From: the human T2T-CHM13v2.0 reference genome, Homo sapiens
Length of the DNA stretch: 64,000 bases
Reading direction: 5' to 3' (one strand)
NCBI RefSeq assembly: GCF_009914755.1
Contig: NC_060947.1
The translations under genes and the position numbers were made by a program. Below, piece after piece: positions 1 through 16,461 of the stretch (the stretch's first letter is position 1; every line of letters starts with the position of its first letter). The notes below the pieces were generated by a model. It made no database searches, was not told the DNA's origin, and saw only the letters and a program-made list of their open reading frames with translations.

Positions 1-748
1 TCATTACTCAGATAGTGAGCATAGTATGCAATAGGTGGATGTTTGTTTCTCATCCTCCTCCCACTGTCTACCTTTAAGTAGGCCCCAGTGTCTGTTGTTC
101 CCCTCTTTGTGTCCTTCTATACTCAATATTTAGCTCCCACCTATAAGTAAGAACACGTGATATTTGGTTTTCTTTTCCTGCACTAATTTGCACAGGAAAA
201 TGGCCTCCAGCTGCATCTATGTTCCTACAAAGGACATTATTTTATTCTTTTTTATGGCTGCATAGTATTCTGTGGTGTATATGTACCACGTTTTCTTTAT
301 CTAGTTCACCACTGATGGGCATTTAGGTTGATTCTATATCCTTGTTATTGTGAATAGTGTTGCGATGAACATACGTGTGCATGTCCATGTCTCTTTATGG
401 TAGAATGATTTGTATTCCTTTGGGTATATACCCAGTAACGGGATTGCTGATTCAAATGGTAGTTCTGTTTCAAGTTATTTGAGAAACTTCCCAACTGCTT
501 TCCACGTGGCTGAACTGATTTAACTTCCTGTCAGCAGTTTACAAGCATTCCCTTAGAAATCTCACCAACATCTGTTTCTCTTTGCTTCTTAATATTAGCC
601 ATTTTGACTGGTGTGAGATTACATCTCAACTGTGGTTTTGATTTGCATTTCTCTAATGATTAGTGATGTTGACCAGTTTTTCATATGATTGTTGGTCATG
701 TGTATGTCTTCTTTTGAGAAGTGTTCATTCATGTTCTTTGCCCATATA
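1..748 (-). mobile_element. LINE-1 3' end fragment (older L1PA/L1PB type)
   Basis: Antisense L1 3'UTR and ORF2 C-terminal sequence (gggtatatacccagtaacgggattgctg; tgtatgtcttcttttgagaagtgt). Confidence 0.85.
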
Positions 749-749
749 T

Positions 750-2455
<1,706 letters not shown>

Positions 2456-2475
2456 TTATTTTATCATTGTCTTTT

Positions 2476-2910
2476 TGTATCAGTCCGTTTTCAGACTGCT
2501 TATAAAGACATACCCGAGACTGGTTAGAAAAAGAGGTTTAATTGGACTTACAGTTCCACATGGCTGGGGACGCCTCAGAACCATGGCGGGAGGCAAAAGG
2601 CACTTCTTACATGACAGTGGCAAGAGAAAAATGAGGAAGAAGCAAAAGCGGAAACCCCTGATAAACCCATCAGATCTCGTGAGACTTCTTCACTATAGTT
2701 AGAACAGCACGGGAAAGACAGGCCCCCATGATTCAATTACCTCCCCCTGGGTCCCTCCCACAACACTTGGGAATTCTGGGAGATACAATTCAAGTTGAGA
2801 TTAGGGTGGGGACACAGTCAAACCACATCATCCTGCCCCTGGCCCTTCAAATCTCATGCCCTCACATTTCAAAACCAATCATGCCTTCCCAACATTCCGC
2901 CAAAGTTTTA
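2476..2910 (-). mobile_element. THE1 (MaLR) LTR plus adjacent internal fragment
   Basis: tgtatcagtccgttttc...gggacacagtcaaaccacatca LTR (2476-2830), then THE1-int sequence (ctcacatttcaaaaccaatcatgccttccc). Confidence 0.85.
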
Positions 2911-2949
2911 TAGGTGTGAACCACCGCCCCCTGCCATCAGTTGTTTTAA

Positions 2950-3540
2950 ATATCCAAGTCCTGTAAATTCTTTGTCAAAGTTACACTATGTCATTTTTAA
3001 GTGCTTGTAAATGGTATTATTACATTTTTAATACCGGTGTCCACTTGTTCTTGCTAGCATATAGAAATACAATTGTGTTTTGTATGTTTATCTTGTGTCC
3101 TGTGACCTTATTAAACTCACTAATGAGTTCAAAGAGGTTTCTTACTTTTTCTGTAGATTCTTGGGCTTTTATGTGAAGACAATCATGTCATCTGCAAACA
3201 AGAGTCATTTTATTTTTTCTATATGATCTATGTGCCTTTTATTTTCTTTTCCTGTCCTACTTCACTGGCTATAACTTCCAGCACTACCTTGTTCTCAATG
3301 TCAAAGGGGAAGCATTCAGTCTTTTGCTATTAAGTATAAGGTGATCTGTATATTATTTATAGATGCATTGTATCAACTTGAAGAAGCTTTGCTCTATTCC
3401 TACTTTTCTGACAGTTTTTGTTATTATAGGTGTTCAATTTTCAAAAGTGTTTCCTGCATTTATTGATAAGATTATGTGATTTATCTTCTTTAATAGTGTG
3501 GAATAATTTATTTTAAATTTTTAATAACCCATGTATCTCT
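2950..3540 (-). mobile_element. Old L1M ORF2 fragment
   Basis: aatcatgtcatctgcaaac and gggaagcattcagtcttttgctattaagtat are antisense L1 ORF2 motifs. Confidence 0.65.
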
Positions 3541-3599
3541 GGAAATCTGTTTTTATGGTTTTTCAACTGACTGACTCAGATTCCACTAAATATTATATA

Positions 3600-3998
3600 T
3601 ATACACGCAGAAAGACGTTTGTTTTAAGGAACTCTCTCGAGATTATGGAGGCTGGCAAGTCCAAAATATTCAGAGTGGCCTGGTAGGCTGGAAACCAGAG
3701 AAAGAGTCAGTGTTGTTCCAATCCCAAGGCCATCTGCTGGTAGAGTTCCCACTTGCTTGAGGGAGGTCAGTCTTTTGTTCTATTTAGGCCTTCAGCTGGT
3801 TGGACGAGGCCCACCCACGTTACAGAGGGCAATCTACTGTACTCAAAGTACATCTATTTAAATGAGACTATGTACTCAAAGTCCATCTATTTAAATGTTA
3901 TTAACATCAAAAACATCCTCTGAAATATCCGGAAGAATCTTTGACCACATATCTGGACACTATGACCCAGACAAGTTGACACATAAAATTAACTATCA
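3600..3998 (-). mobile_element. MLT2 (ERVL) LTR
   Basis: gattatggaggctggcaagtcc...gcccacccacgttacagagggcaatct...aagttgacacataaaattaactatca. Confidence 0.75.
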
Positions 3999-4669
3999 TG
4001 AATATCTTCACAGCAACATCTACATTTGTGTTTGATTGAATAAATGGAGATTGCAGTCTAGAAAAGCAAATTTTCTGTTCAACCTATTTAGAAAATAAGA
4101 AAATATTAATTAGATTACTCTGTAATTTATATATTTAGAAGTTTGATCAAAATTTTAAAATTGACAAAATATCTGTGAGAGTATAGAGTATTAATATAAA
4201 ATAATTTGTGAGAATATAAGTTTGTATGACATTTTGGAGATAATATTTTGGCAATATTTATAAAAATTTAAAATAATTACAACGTTTTCCATTTTAACCA
4301 AATTTCTGCTCTACTGTGTTTTTAAGAAAACATACACATTTTCCAAAGAATTTGTGTTAAAAATGTTTATTTAGTTCCATTTATTACAATATAAATTGGG
4401 AAACAATTATGTGTTCATCAGTGGAAAAATGGTTAAATCATGGCACACATATTGGAATCCCAATAGTAATACAAAAGTAAATCTGTATGACCTTGTTATG
4501 GAAAAATCATTCATTCATTCATTCATTCATTAGTCAAAAGGTTAGTTTATTAATTAAATCAAAAATTTATATTTATGTCATTTACTATTAGTTAATTTAT
4601 AATACTTATTAAAGGCAAATGGGAGAAGAATAGGTACATCACTTCTCATTGTGTGTTTTAAAATATTGC

Positions 4670-5248
<579 letters not shown>

Positions 5249-7389
5249 ATATTGTATACTTTAAATATTTATATTTATATATATACACACATAAAATCAT
5301 AATATATGTTTATTAAACACATTTATATAGGTTAAAACAAGTAGGATCAGCTTAAACATCAGACTGTTAATCATGGTTATGTGTTTAAAAGTGTTGAATT
5401 TTGAAGAAACACTGTGGAATGTGGTTTATCTGTATTGTTAGATTTTTTTGAGAAAGAATCTTTGTAATATTATTTTTATAATTAAAATATTTAAATAAAC
5501 CTAACAACAGAAATGGTAGCTGGGGATCAGTCATGTAGTTCCTCCTAGCTGATGAAACAGAGAAAATTTGAAATCTGAATGGCTTATAACAATAAATATT
5601 TATTTATTTTGCACATGAAAAAAACAGACATGGGTTGGCATAGGCTCTCTGCTATCAGTTGAACCAGAGATTCAGGCTGCTTTCATCTTGTAGTTCCACC
5701 ATCTCAACACGGGCTCTCCATGTTTGATGCTGAATAAAGGAGAAAGCATGGAAGAGTCAAGCATGGAAGAGTCAAACTGATTCTCAAATACACTGGCCTA
5801 GAACTAACAAAGCCTGAAACTGACAAACAAGTTTTTGTTTTTATTTCAGTGGAAAGGCCTACTCACATGATTCTTTCTAGTTATGAGTGTGCTTGGTAAT
5901 GCACTCAATAAACCTAGGAAGTAGAGAAGGGTCAGATGTGGACAAGCTTTTGCAGACTCTCCAAGAAATTGCTAAATAGTATGTTCTCAATAAAGAGTAA
6001 CTATCATATAATTTGTTATTACAATAACTCTATTTATTTGTTGGAGAAGTTTCTTGGAAGTGTAAATGTGTCTTAGAATTCACCAACTTTTTCAACAGCC
6101 TAAAATATGACAGGTGCTTTTAAATACAGGAGTGCATTTAATTTTCAAAAGGACACTGAAAATATTTGTAGGAAATGTCTACTCTTCTTCACTCAATAGT
6201 GCTTTTCTCCACTGCCCTTTGCAATAACATCTACAATCTCAGTAAGCTGAGAATTTTTCCTTTATTTTGGTGCATAATTACATTCTTAGTCCCAAGTTAA
6301 GAAAGTAACTATGCACCAAAAGAAAGGAGAAATACCACCTGACTAACATGTTTGAGCACCTGTACAGGTACCATAAAGCACACTGAAAACAAGAAATTTT
6401 CTCTGGGAAAAGTACACAGAGACAAGAGGAAATGAAAGTACGGTGAATTATTTTTTCTTTCAAAATCAAAGCTAGCATGTCTGCCAAGAAAACATTTTCT
6501 AACTCTTAGAAATGCATTTAGGGATTATTAAGAATTCAGCTTCCCTACATGTTTGCCTTACACAATGATTTCCATGGTCTTTCCTCGTCTATCATTTATG
6601 CATGAGGTTTTGATTTTTCCCACCTAGGTATGCTCACTCATAAGTATATACATGGTCAGTTTCAAATAAAACGCCCTATTAAAACCCTACAGCCAATATT
6701 AGGGTGTTTCATAAAATCCTCTTCTGACTTCAGAGTTATATCCTAAAAAAAAAAACCAGTAGGTTATGTGACAATTCATATTCTACTAACCAGCCTATTT
6801 GGAAAACACCTTCAGAGTGTGGTGAAGATGTTTATGGAGGATGACCACATGTCTAAACTTCACTGTCTAAAGTGAACTTTACATAGAAAGGATTTTTGCT
6901 ATCAGAGGGATTCCATGATGAAGATCTAGCCGGGAGATATTTACATGGAATTGGAGTACTCTGTAGGGGGGAAAGCAGGTGATTCTTGGCTGTCTGTTCC
7001 ACTGATAATAGGGTGTAGCCACCAAAAGAGGAGATGGTAAAGATATGGTCAGCAGGTCAAGTTCCAGAATTGGGCAGGAGAATAAACTGAGTAAGACCCA
7101 GGGAAAGTGTGTTGTAATGTAGGAAACAGCTGGAGCTAGATAAAAATGTTGGCCCATGGGCACAGTGAGCTCCCACAGAACCCTGGGACTAAATGCAACA
7201 GGATCCTGGGTAAATGAAGCCAATAGGCAATCCTCAAATTGTGTTTGATTCTGATTTTCGACACCCATTTTTTAGTTCTTTAGCCACAATGTCATTCTTT
7301 TTATCACCTAAGAGATATTTTAAAGTAGTAAGAAGAGAACTTAATTAAAAGACAAAATGTCTGCCTCCGACTGGGAGAAGTGAAACAGA

Positions 7390-7565
7390 GTGAACTCTAA
7401 GCAAATTCTGATCAGGGGTCTAGTAGTCCCAACCCTGCCACATTCTAGCCTTGTGAACTTGGGAATATTGCCAACCCCACTGAGCTTTAGAATCTTTAGC
7501 AGTGAAATAGGATTGATAAACCCTGTCATGTGAGACTGGGATATATGCATTTATGTAAAGCTTCT
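7390..7565 (+). mobile_element. MIR SINE fragment
   Basis: ccctgccacattctagccttgtgaacttggg...ctgagc...gtgaaataggattgata resembles MIR core. Confidence 0.55.
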
Positions 7566-8025
7566 GTCATTGGTTCTGGCATGCCTTGAGTCTTTCATGA
7601 TTGGTAGATTATTTTGATTATTTTGACCCCAGACCCTACCACTCTCTTATCTGACTTTAATTTATCTAGGAGATGTCAGAGAATATGCAGTGCTCTAGGG
7701 CATGGCACACCAAATCATCCAAAATGCTGCTCAGCAAGAAAAACTCTGTAGATCTTCTGCCATAGCAGGATTTGAGGGAATCCTATACATTTGGATGTAC
7801 CTTGAAGCTCCCAGATTTGTTTCAAGGCCAACTCCTTCTGTTCCTCCTAGCTGTCCTTTCACCCAAACTACCCTTATTTTCTTTCATTTTATTTCCCCCC
7901 CAAATCTAGACCTTACACAGTGTTTGACAAATTACCCTCAAGAGAAACACATCAAAACGGCCTTTGCATGGCATGAGCTCTGGCTTTCCCAGCGCAAAGC
8001 AAATGGTGCCAAAGACATAATACTA

Positions 8026-8756
8026 TGTTACTGGGAAGTGCAAGAATCCCCAGTTCTTAGTCGTACTTGAGAGAAAGAATACTGCTAAGAGGCAATTTAT
8101 CCAGAAAAAGGAAATTTATTGAAGGAAAATAGAGAGCAGAGAGTTTATTTAAAGGGACAGAACACTCGGAAAGATAAGGCAGAGCAGGCTGCTGAAAGAG
8201 AATGGGCCAGCAGCAGCCAGAGAGTTCTACATTGGGTTTTTATAATGTCAGATTTTTTCTTGAAGTTCCCACCTCTGTCTTAAGTTTCTGCCTTTTTTGT
8301 TTGTCTAGTTTTTCCACTTCTGCCTTAAGTCCCTGCCTTTTCCCTGCCTAGTTCCCATCCCAGCCTTCTGGAATGCTTTCTTACTATTGATTAGTTGGTG
8401 CACATGCGTGGGCCGGGTGCTGGATAGGAATTCTACCTAATGGCTGCACTGCTCATTACTACCATCCCAGGAAGATTGTATAGTGGTCAAATCTATACGT
8501 ATTGTTTCTGCATATCTCTTAGGAATTTCTCCTGTGCCTTCTTTCCCCTTATCAGCATTCTGACAGATTAACTGCAGAGTGAGCAATTAGTGGGCTTAAT
8601 AAGGGGCATTCCTTCCTGTGTAGGTATTCGCCCTCCTCGCTGCTCATGTCTAGCATGCTTGTTTTGGGTGGTTTTTGGGGTGTGAGCTTTTCCAAATCTC
8701 CTTTTTTCAGGAGCTCCCCTAACTTGTTCATGTCTAGCTATATGCCTACTCCAACA
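8026..8756 (-). mobile_element. ERV1 solo LTR (MER66-like, MER4 group)
   Basis: TG...CA termini (tgttactgg...ctactccaaca), ~730 bp; reverse complement begins tgttggagtaggcatatagctagacatg. Confidence 0.7.
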
Positions 8757-8879
8757 TGTCCACTTGAAGCTGGCTGCACCCTCAATCAGTGCACCTTCTA
8801 ATGTGGCCTCTCATCGGCTTGCTGTTGCTGGCATCTCTACATATCCTCATCTAGGAAGACTGAGACTAACCTAATAAAT

Positions 8880-9815
8880 ATGAAAACGGGACTTAGTCAC
8901 AGCAATCAGCAGCACATGAGAAACCTTTTTGTCCCTGCAGGGCTGAAATTCTCCTCCCCATGAGCAGAACTGAGAAAGGGATCAAGTCACAACATGCAGC
9001 CTAATCCAATAGGACATTTTGTTCCTATGTGCCAGACTCTCCTTGCCTGCATACACAGGGAAAGGTGGGGTGGGAGGTGACAAGAGAGGAACAAGTTTAA
9101 GGGGACCCAGTCACAGCAAGAAATATGGCCTGGAAAACTCTTTATCTGCATGAACCCAAGACTGTAATTCTAGCACAGAGACACCAGGGTGCCAGTCATA
9201 TTAGCAAAATAGACCCAGTCACATGCAGCCCAATCTAGGATGTCTCTGTCTCCTTGGGCCTGAGGTTCTCTTATGTCTTCCAGGATGGACAAGTGACCTA
9301 TCTACAGTATACTGCAACCCCCTTCCACCATCTGCTCACTCAGATACTTGGAGATAGTATCTGTCTTTAAATGTTTTTGGCAAATGTTGCCTGGGAGGCT
9401 ACTCCAGCCCTGAGAGTTTGGAAGCGGGTAAAACAAACACAAGCCCTTGAGCTTTTCCTTCTCTCAGAGAACACAAGATAGGCCAAAATACACAACACAA
9501 TTATTTAAAAACAAAACTCACCCTTTACCCTCTGGCACTAGCAAGATGAACCAAGAATGCAATCTGCCATACACATAACCACTGCCTAGCTAGGGAATGG
9601 GGAATGGTAGGCAGGTGAATATAATGCCACAAAGATCTCTTATCAGAATTAAGAGTCTGTTTATTCATTAAACACTACCTGGTTGCTGTAAGTTTATCAT
9701 TAAATTCCAGAGTTCAAAAACACTTGATTCTGACAGTTTTTGCGAGCTTACTCTTTGCTTGTGGAGGGATGGATTTTGGAGTTCTTTACTCTGCCATCTT
9801 CTGTGACTTCACCCT
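8880..9815 (-). mobile_element. Old L1M 5' end with internal degenerate repeats
   Basis: ttgattctgacagtttttg...ggattttggagttctttactctgccatctt resembles an antisense L1M 5' terminus; repeated gacccagtcaca motif. Confidence 0.5.
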
Positions 9816-9918
9816 GATGCCATATTAAATGTTTAATCATAGTGTTCAATCACTGGCAGGGTTGCTTGTGATCTAAATTATGTTATAAACTTTTCTGGAT
9901 TGTCCATCTTCTCTATAG

Positions 9919-10142
9919 CAGTTTATCAACCTTGACATTGTGAGCATTATTCATCAGACAGATAATTTTGTGTGGTAGAAGTCTGTTACTGGAATTAAGA
10001 GAGTTTTGCCACATCCCTGACCTCTACACACTAGATGGCAGTAGCACTTCCACTCTCACCAATTAGGACAACCAAAAATGTCTCTAGGCATTTCCAAATG
10101 TCTGGAAGGTGTGTGCAAAATGTCCTTGGTTGAGAACCATGG
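9919..10142 (+). mobile_element. MER20 (hAT-Charlie MITE) with 8-bp TSD
   Basis: cagtttatcaacc...ggttgagaaccatgg termini; TSD CTCTATAG at 9911-9918 and 10143-10150. Confidence 0.85.
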
Positions 10143-10217
10143 CTCTATAGTGAATGAGATTTGGATATATGTAAAAAGCTATATAGGTATAAAAATAAAT
10201 AGGTAGATAGATATGTA

Positions 10218-10705
10218 GTGTGGTTAGTTGAATAATGACCCCTCAAAAGCTATTTACATCCTAATAAATGGAACTTGTTAATGCTACTTTATATGGCAAA
10301 GAAGACTTTGCAGAAGTCATTAAGACAAAGATTTTGAGGTGGGGAGATTATTCTGTATTTTCTGGGAGAGCCTTAAGTGCAATAACATGTGTCGTTATAA
10401 AAAAGAGGCAGAGAGAGATTTGATACAAATGCACAGAGGAGAAAGTGATAACGAAGGTGGAAGTGAGGATTGTGGTGATATAACAATGAGCCAAGGAAGG
10501 CCTGCAGCCATCAGAAGCTGGCAGCAGCAAGGAACAGGTTCTGTCCTAGAGCCTCCAGAAGAAGTGCAGGCCTGCCTAATACTTTGATTTTGGCTGAGTG
10601 ATACTGAATTTGTACTTCTGGCCTTCAGGGTTGAGAGAATACATTTCTATTGTTGTAAGCCACAAAGTTTGTGGTGATTTGTTACAACTACCTCAGAAAA
10701 TTACA
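10218..10705 (+). mobile_element. MLT1 (MaLR) solo LTR
   Basis: gaataatgacccctcaaaag...gactttgcaga...taagccacaaagtttgtggtgatttgttacaac. Confidence 0.8.
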
Positions 10706-11464
10706 ATAAATGGATAGATACATAAGTAGGTAGGTAGATAGATAAGTAAATGTAAATATTGTTTAGTGTATACTGTAATTATGTTTTTATTGGTATGATA
10801 TTAGACAAAGAGCTATGATATTACAGCTATTTTCCCATGGCAATAAAAGTGCTTCATAAACGTCATATGAAAGCTGCATACATTTATTTTATGGACATTC
10901 AGTGCCTTGTTGGAAAATGAGGTCATTTCAGACTTTTAAAAATAAATGACACTATAATAATCACCTTTGAACATATAACTTTGGCAGTATATATGAGTAT
11001 TTCTTTAGAATTAATGCCTAGAAGAGGTATTGTAGTGTCAAATGTATTTCATGTTTATGACTTTAAATATGTGTTGTCAAATTCCCATCTGGCAATGTGC
11101 TATGAATTTAAAACCCCATATAGTAGTAGATGAGACAGTCTGGTTGCTTACAACAGTGTAAAACCTAGCATCAAAATTTAGTTTTTCCAAAGGGCAAATA
11201 GCTGTATTTTTCTGAATGTAAGAGTAATGTATAACCTTCGAAAACATTCAGAAAATAAATTATGAAGAGTCAAAAAATCCACCCTTCCAGAATTTTCTCT
11301 TCTTATGAGCACATACATACATATATACCATCTAAACAGGAGCAGTGGGAAAGAGAAAGAAGAGAGAAATGAAGACACATCAATGGAGTTAGAGAGAGGG
11401 GCTTCCTTAGTTGAATATCTTAGAAGTCAGCCAAATCCGTAAGTGAAAGAGAGAGAGATTATTA

Positions 11465-11466
<2 letters not shown>

Positions 11467-11515
<49 letters not shown>
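11467..11515. repeat. (TG)n microsatellite
   Basis: Direct read. Confidence 0.95.
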
Positions 11516-11517
<2 letters not shown>

Positions 11518-12073
11518 TCCTTTAAATGGGGGCTAGGCTAGATGGGGCATTTTAGTTAATAAGTCAAGGATCATTACTAAGGCCCAGAGAGATTTCAAAA
11601 AACTCTGAGAGGGTAACCCAAAATGACTCCCAGAGGAATACTGGATGTATGAAACCGGTGAAAAGTAACCTCTAGGATTAATGGAAAGTTTATAAATTGG
11701 GGTTTGTACCCCTAAATGAATATAATAACTATGCAAGCTGTAGTGATAAACACAGTCAGAATTGAACCATGGATTCCCATTCTCTTCCCCAATCTATTCC
11801 TCAACAGAGCAAGTTTTCCCCATTCCAGATTATCTGGCCAAATTCTAGGCGTCATCACTGACGGCTGTTCTCATAATCTCAAAGTCATTCAAATTTTACC
11901 AGTTGAGAACTCAGATGTAATGGAGAAGAGATAACCCATCTCCACTCTGCTCTGTCTGAATTCCAAACATACTGAATCCATGAGCATAATAAAATGGTTA
12001 TTGATCCACAACACCAAGCTATGGAGCAGTAAGTGACTGGAATAGATTCTACTAATTTGTTCTTTATATTACT

Positions 12074-12830
<757 letters not shown>

Positions 12831-12844
12831 TGTTTGATTGATTT

Positions 12845-13525
12845 TTTAAAAATTCAATAGTTTGGGGAGTACAGGTGGGTTTTGGTTATATAGATAATTT
12901 CTTTAGTGGTGATTTCTGAGAATTCAGTGCATGCATCACCCAAGCAGTATACATTGCAGTTAATTATGTAGTCTTTTATCCCTCAGCCTCCTCTCAATCG
13001 TCTCCCTTGAGTCCCCAAAGTCCATTATATTGCTCTTATGCCTTTGCATCTTCGTAGCTTAGCTCCCACTTAAAAGTGAAAACATGCAATATTTGGCTTT
13101 CCATTCATGAATTATTTCACTTATAATAATGGCCTCCCGGAGGTTGCAGGGAGCCAAGATTGCACCACTGCACTCCAGCCTGGGCGATAGAGCAAGACTC
13201 CGCCTCAAAAATAATAATAATAATAGCGTCCTCCAACTCCATCCAATTTGATGCAAAAGACATTATTTTGTTCCTTTGTACAGTTGAGTAGTATTCCATG
13301 ATGTATATAAACCACATTTTCTTTATCCACTCATTGGTTGATGGGCACTTATGTTGGTTCCATATCTTTGAAATTATGAATTGTGCTGCTATAAACATGT
13401 GTGTGCATGTGTTTTTTTTCATATAATGTCTTCTTTTTCTTTGAGGAGATACCTAGTAGTGGGATTGCTGAGTTGAATGGTAGTTCTAATTTTGCTTCTT
13501 TAAGGAATCACCATACTGTTTTCAG
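12845..13525 (-). mobile_element. L1PB-type 3' end with a 5'-truncated Alu nested at ~13137-13225 (+)
   Basis: Antisense L1 3'UTR/ORF2 end; nested ggaggttgcagggagccaagattgcaccactgcactccagcctggg with (AAT)n tail. Confidence 0.85.
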
Positions 13526-15195
13526 TTTCTCATCCATCCTACTAAACATCCCATTGCATTTTGCCAAAATTGTTATAACAGTGAGTTTTAGGAGAACAGC
13601 TAACTAATATTTTTATCCAAGATTTACATACTGTATTGCCTTATATGAAGAATTTTAACTTCTGGGAATTTATCCACGACAAGAACCAAATGAGAATATG
13701 AACACATTTTCGCAAGAAGGGTATGTGTCACAGTACTGTGTTAGAGAGTGAAAATTTGGAGACAACATAAATGTTGGAAATATAAGAATGTTTGAAAATA
13801 TACGCTTCCTCTATAAATGGAATATTTCTAGTTACAAAACGACCTTGTGTAAATGTATTATTTGACATGGAAAGTATGATCTTTTGTAAAGTGTGTAATC
13901 CAAAACACAGATTAAAAAACAATATGCATGGATAAATAATTCTATTTTCATAAACAAAACAAAAACTTAAAACATGTATAAATAGCTATTCTGCCAATAT
14001 TTAATTAAACATTTTCAGTAACTGTCTATGAGTGTGTGGGAATTTAGGTGCTAATTTTCTTACATTTGCTTTTCTGCTTTGGGTACTAAGTATGCAAACT
14101 TTTTGTAGTAATGACTAAAAATAAGTATCCAAATATTAAATTTCAAGCCTGTACATCACAGCATATTTATATTAATAGAAACTAGACATGTTTTCCAAGA
14201 ATGGAGAGTATGTACAATAAATTAAGGCACATTTATCCCTGGATTACTATGCAGCCCATACAAATGTCGATGGATGTTTAAGAAAAGTACCACCTTTAAT
14301 CACAGGTAATGTCTGTGCATGCCTCAGGGGTCCAGGCAAGCAGAAGCATCTTTCCAGAATTTCTAAATTCCCCTCTGGTACCTGAGACCTGCAGGAGACA
14401 GCAGTGCCTCCTCATTTTGACCTGCTCTTCAACCCTTCTATCCACCCCAGTAGAGCTTGAGGTAATCCAAAGGCCAGGAGAAGTCCTGGGGCTGTCCCCT
14501 CTGGGGTCATCCATGGGCATAGTGTTGTGATCATATTCCATTGGGGAACTGCTTGCTGGGGGACATCTTTTGTTGACCAATGTGGAATTTCTTTCAGGAG
14601 ATTGCTTAAGATTGAGCCACTAGAATGGCACTGACATGCTGATTTTGGTCGCTCAAACTGTTTATAACCCTAGCCCCCCAACACACACACACTTTTAGGG
14701 GTTATGTTTAAAAATCAGGAAATTTACATTATTGATCAGGCTGGGGCAGACCACAGAGGGCTGGCTCACACCCTTCTGTCTGATGTCAGTGGGAACTGGA
14801 TTGGACCTCTGTGAAGATGAGAAGAGTTACATGATATATAGCTCAACAGTCAGAAGCAAAAATTCAACCAAGTTCTGCCTACCCTGCCTTGATCTTCTAG
14901 TCCTGGCTCTACTTGTGTTTACAGCAGTGTTTCTCTCTCTAAGAACCTGATATTATGGCTATCCAGTCATACTGGGAGAAGGAGCAGCAGTTGAAATTCA
15001 TGCAAGTTGAAGTGACCAGAAGGACTAAGAATGAGGTTGTCCCTGCCACTATTGATGCCAGCAAGAGCAGCAACCTAGATCCTGTTTCCCAGATTCCTCT
15101 AAGTCTCAAGTGACCTGATGTCCTTGAGTTCCAAACCCAGCAGCATGGAAGCTTTCTCTACCACAGCCTTTATTTCTATCATTGTTGTGAACCCT

Positions 15196-16078
15196 CTGAT
15201 GGTTAATATTAGGTGTCAACTTGACTGCATTGAGGAATGCGTAGATGGCTGGTGAAGCACTATTTCTTGGTGTATCTGTAAGGATGATTTCAGAGGAGAT
15301 CGATATGCAAGTCAGTGAACTGAAAGAGAAAGACCTCACTCTTAATGTGGGCAAGCACCACTCAATCAGTTGCCAGTGTTGCTAGAACAAAGCAAGAAGA
15401 AGGGTAGTATTCAGCATTCAGCTTGCTGAGTTTTCTCTCTCTCTTTCTGTCTCTATGTCTTCCCAAACAGGACGCTATCTCTCCTACTGTCCTTGGACAC
15501 AAGACTCCAAGTTCTTTGGGCTTTGGACTCTGGGACTTGCACCAGTGGCCTCCAGGGGCTTTCAGGCATTCTGCCTCAAACTGGAGCTGCATTGTAGGCT
15601 TCCCCAGTTTTGAGACTTTTGGGCTTGTACCGAACAATGTTACCAACATTCCCCATCTTGCAGGTGACCTGTCATGGGACTTCACCTTTCTAATTGTGTG
15701 AGCCAATTCTCCATAATAAACTCATTTATATAAATATATATATGAGTGTTTGTGTGTATATATAAAATATAAACACATATATACACACATATTTGCATAC
15801 ACATACACAAATAGATATGTATGTTTGAGAATATATATGTGGATTTAGTATACATATGTGTGTATATAGTATATGTATATGCACACACTCAAACATATAT
15901 ATATTTTTGTGTATGTATATGTGTATATGTGTGTGTGTGTGTGTGTGTGAATCCTATTGGTTCTGTCCCTCTAGAGAACCCTGACTGTTACAGATTTTGG
16001 TAACAGGAGTGATTTTAAGAAATAGAATTTTAAGCATGAATTTTCATAATTGGTTTGAGAGTTTCTGGAATTGGTTCT
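15196..16078 (+). mobile_element. MLT2B LTR followed by start of HERV-L internal region
   Basis: tgatggttaatattaggtgtcaacttgact...ctagagaaccctgactgttaca LTR with internal TA/CA/TG tract, then gattttggtaacaggagtg (ERVL PBS region). Confidence 0.85.
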
Positions 16079-16331
16079 TGATATGGTTTGGCTCTGTGTC
16101 CCCACCTAAATCTCATCTCGAATTGTAATCCCCATAATCACAATGTGTTGAGGGAGGGACTTGTTGGGAGGTGATTGGATCGTGGGTGCAGTTTCCCACA
16201 TGCTGTTCTCGTGATAGTGAGTGAGTTCTCACGAGATCTGATGGTTTTATAAGTGTTTGATAATTCCTCCTTCACACACTCTCCTCTCTCCTGCCACCTT
16301 GTAAAGAGGGTGCCTGCTTCCCCTTCCACCA
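16079..16331 (+). mobile_element. THE1D/MST LTR, 3'-truncated
   Basis: tgatatggtttggctctgtgtccccacctaaatctcatc start; stops abruptly after cctgcttccccttccacc. Confidence 0.85.
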
Positions 16332-16461
16332 AACTCACAATCAGCCAAGGAATCATCTGTTTCCTAGAACTTCCAAGGCCTCTGGAAGAGGTCTGAGCCT
16401 TTGCTGACATCTTCTGTAAGGTCTCAGCACAGCAGCTGAGTCTGAGGTCTGGCAGCCCAAC

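Noticed and set aside
6879-7268. 129-aa minus-strand ORF
   Set aside because: No recognisable domain; it may lie on very decayed repeat sequence.
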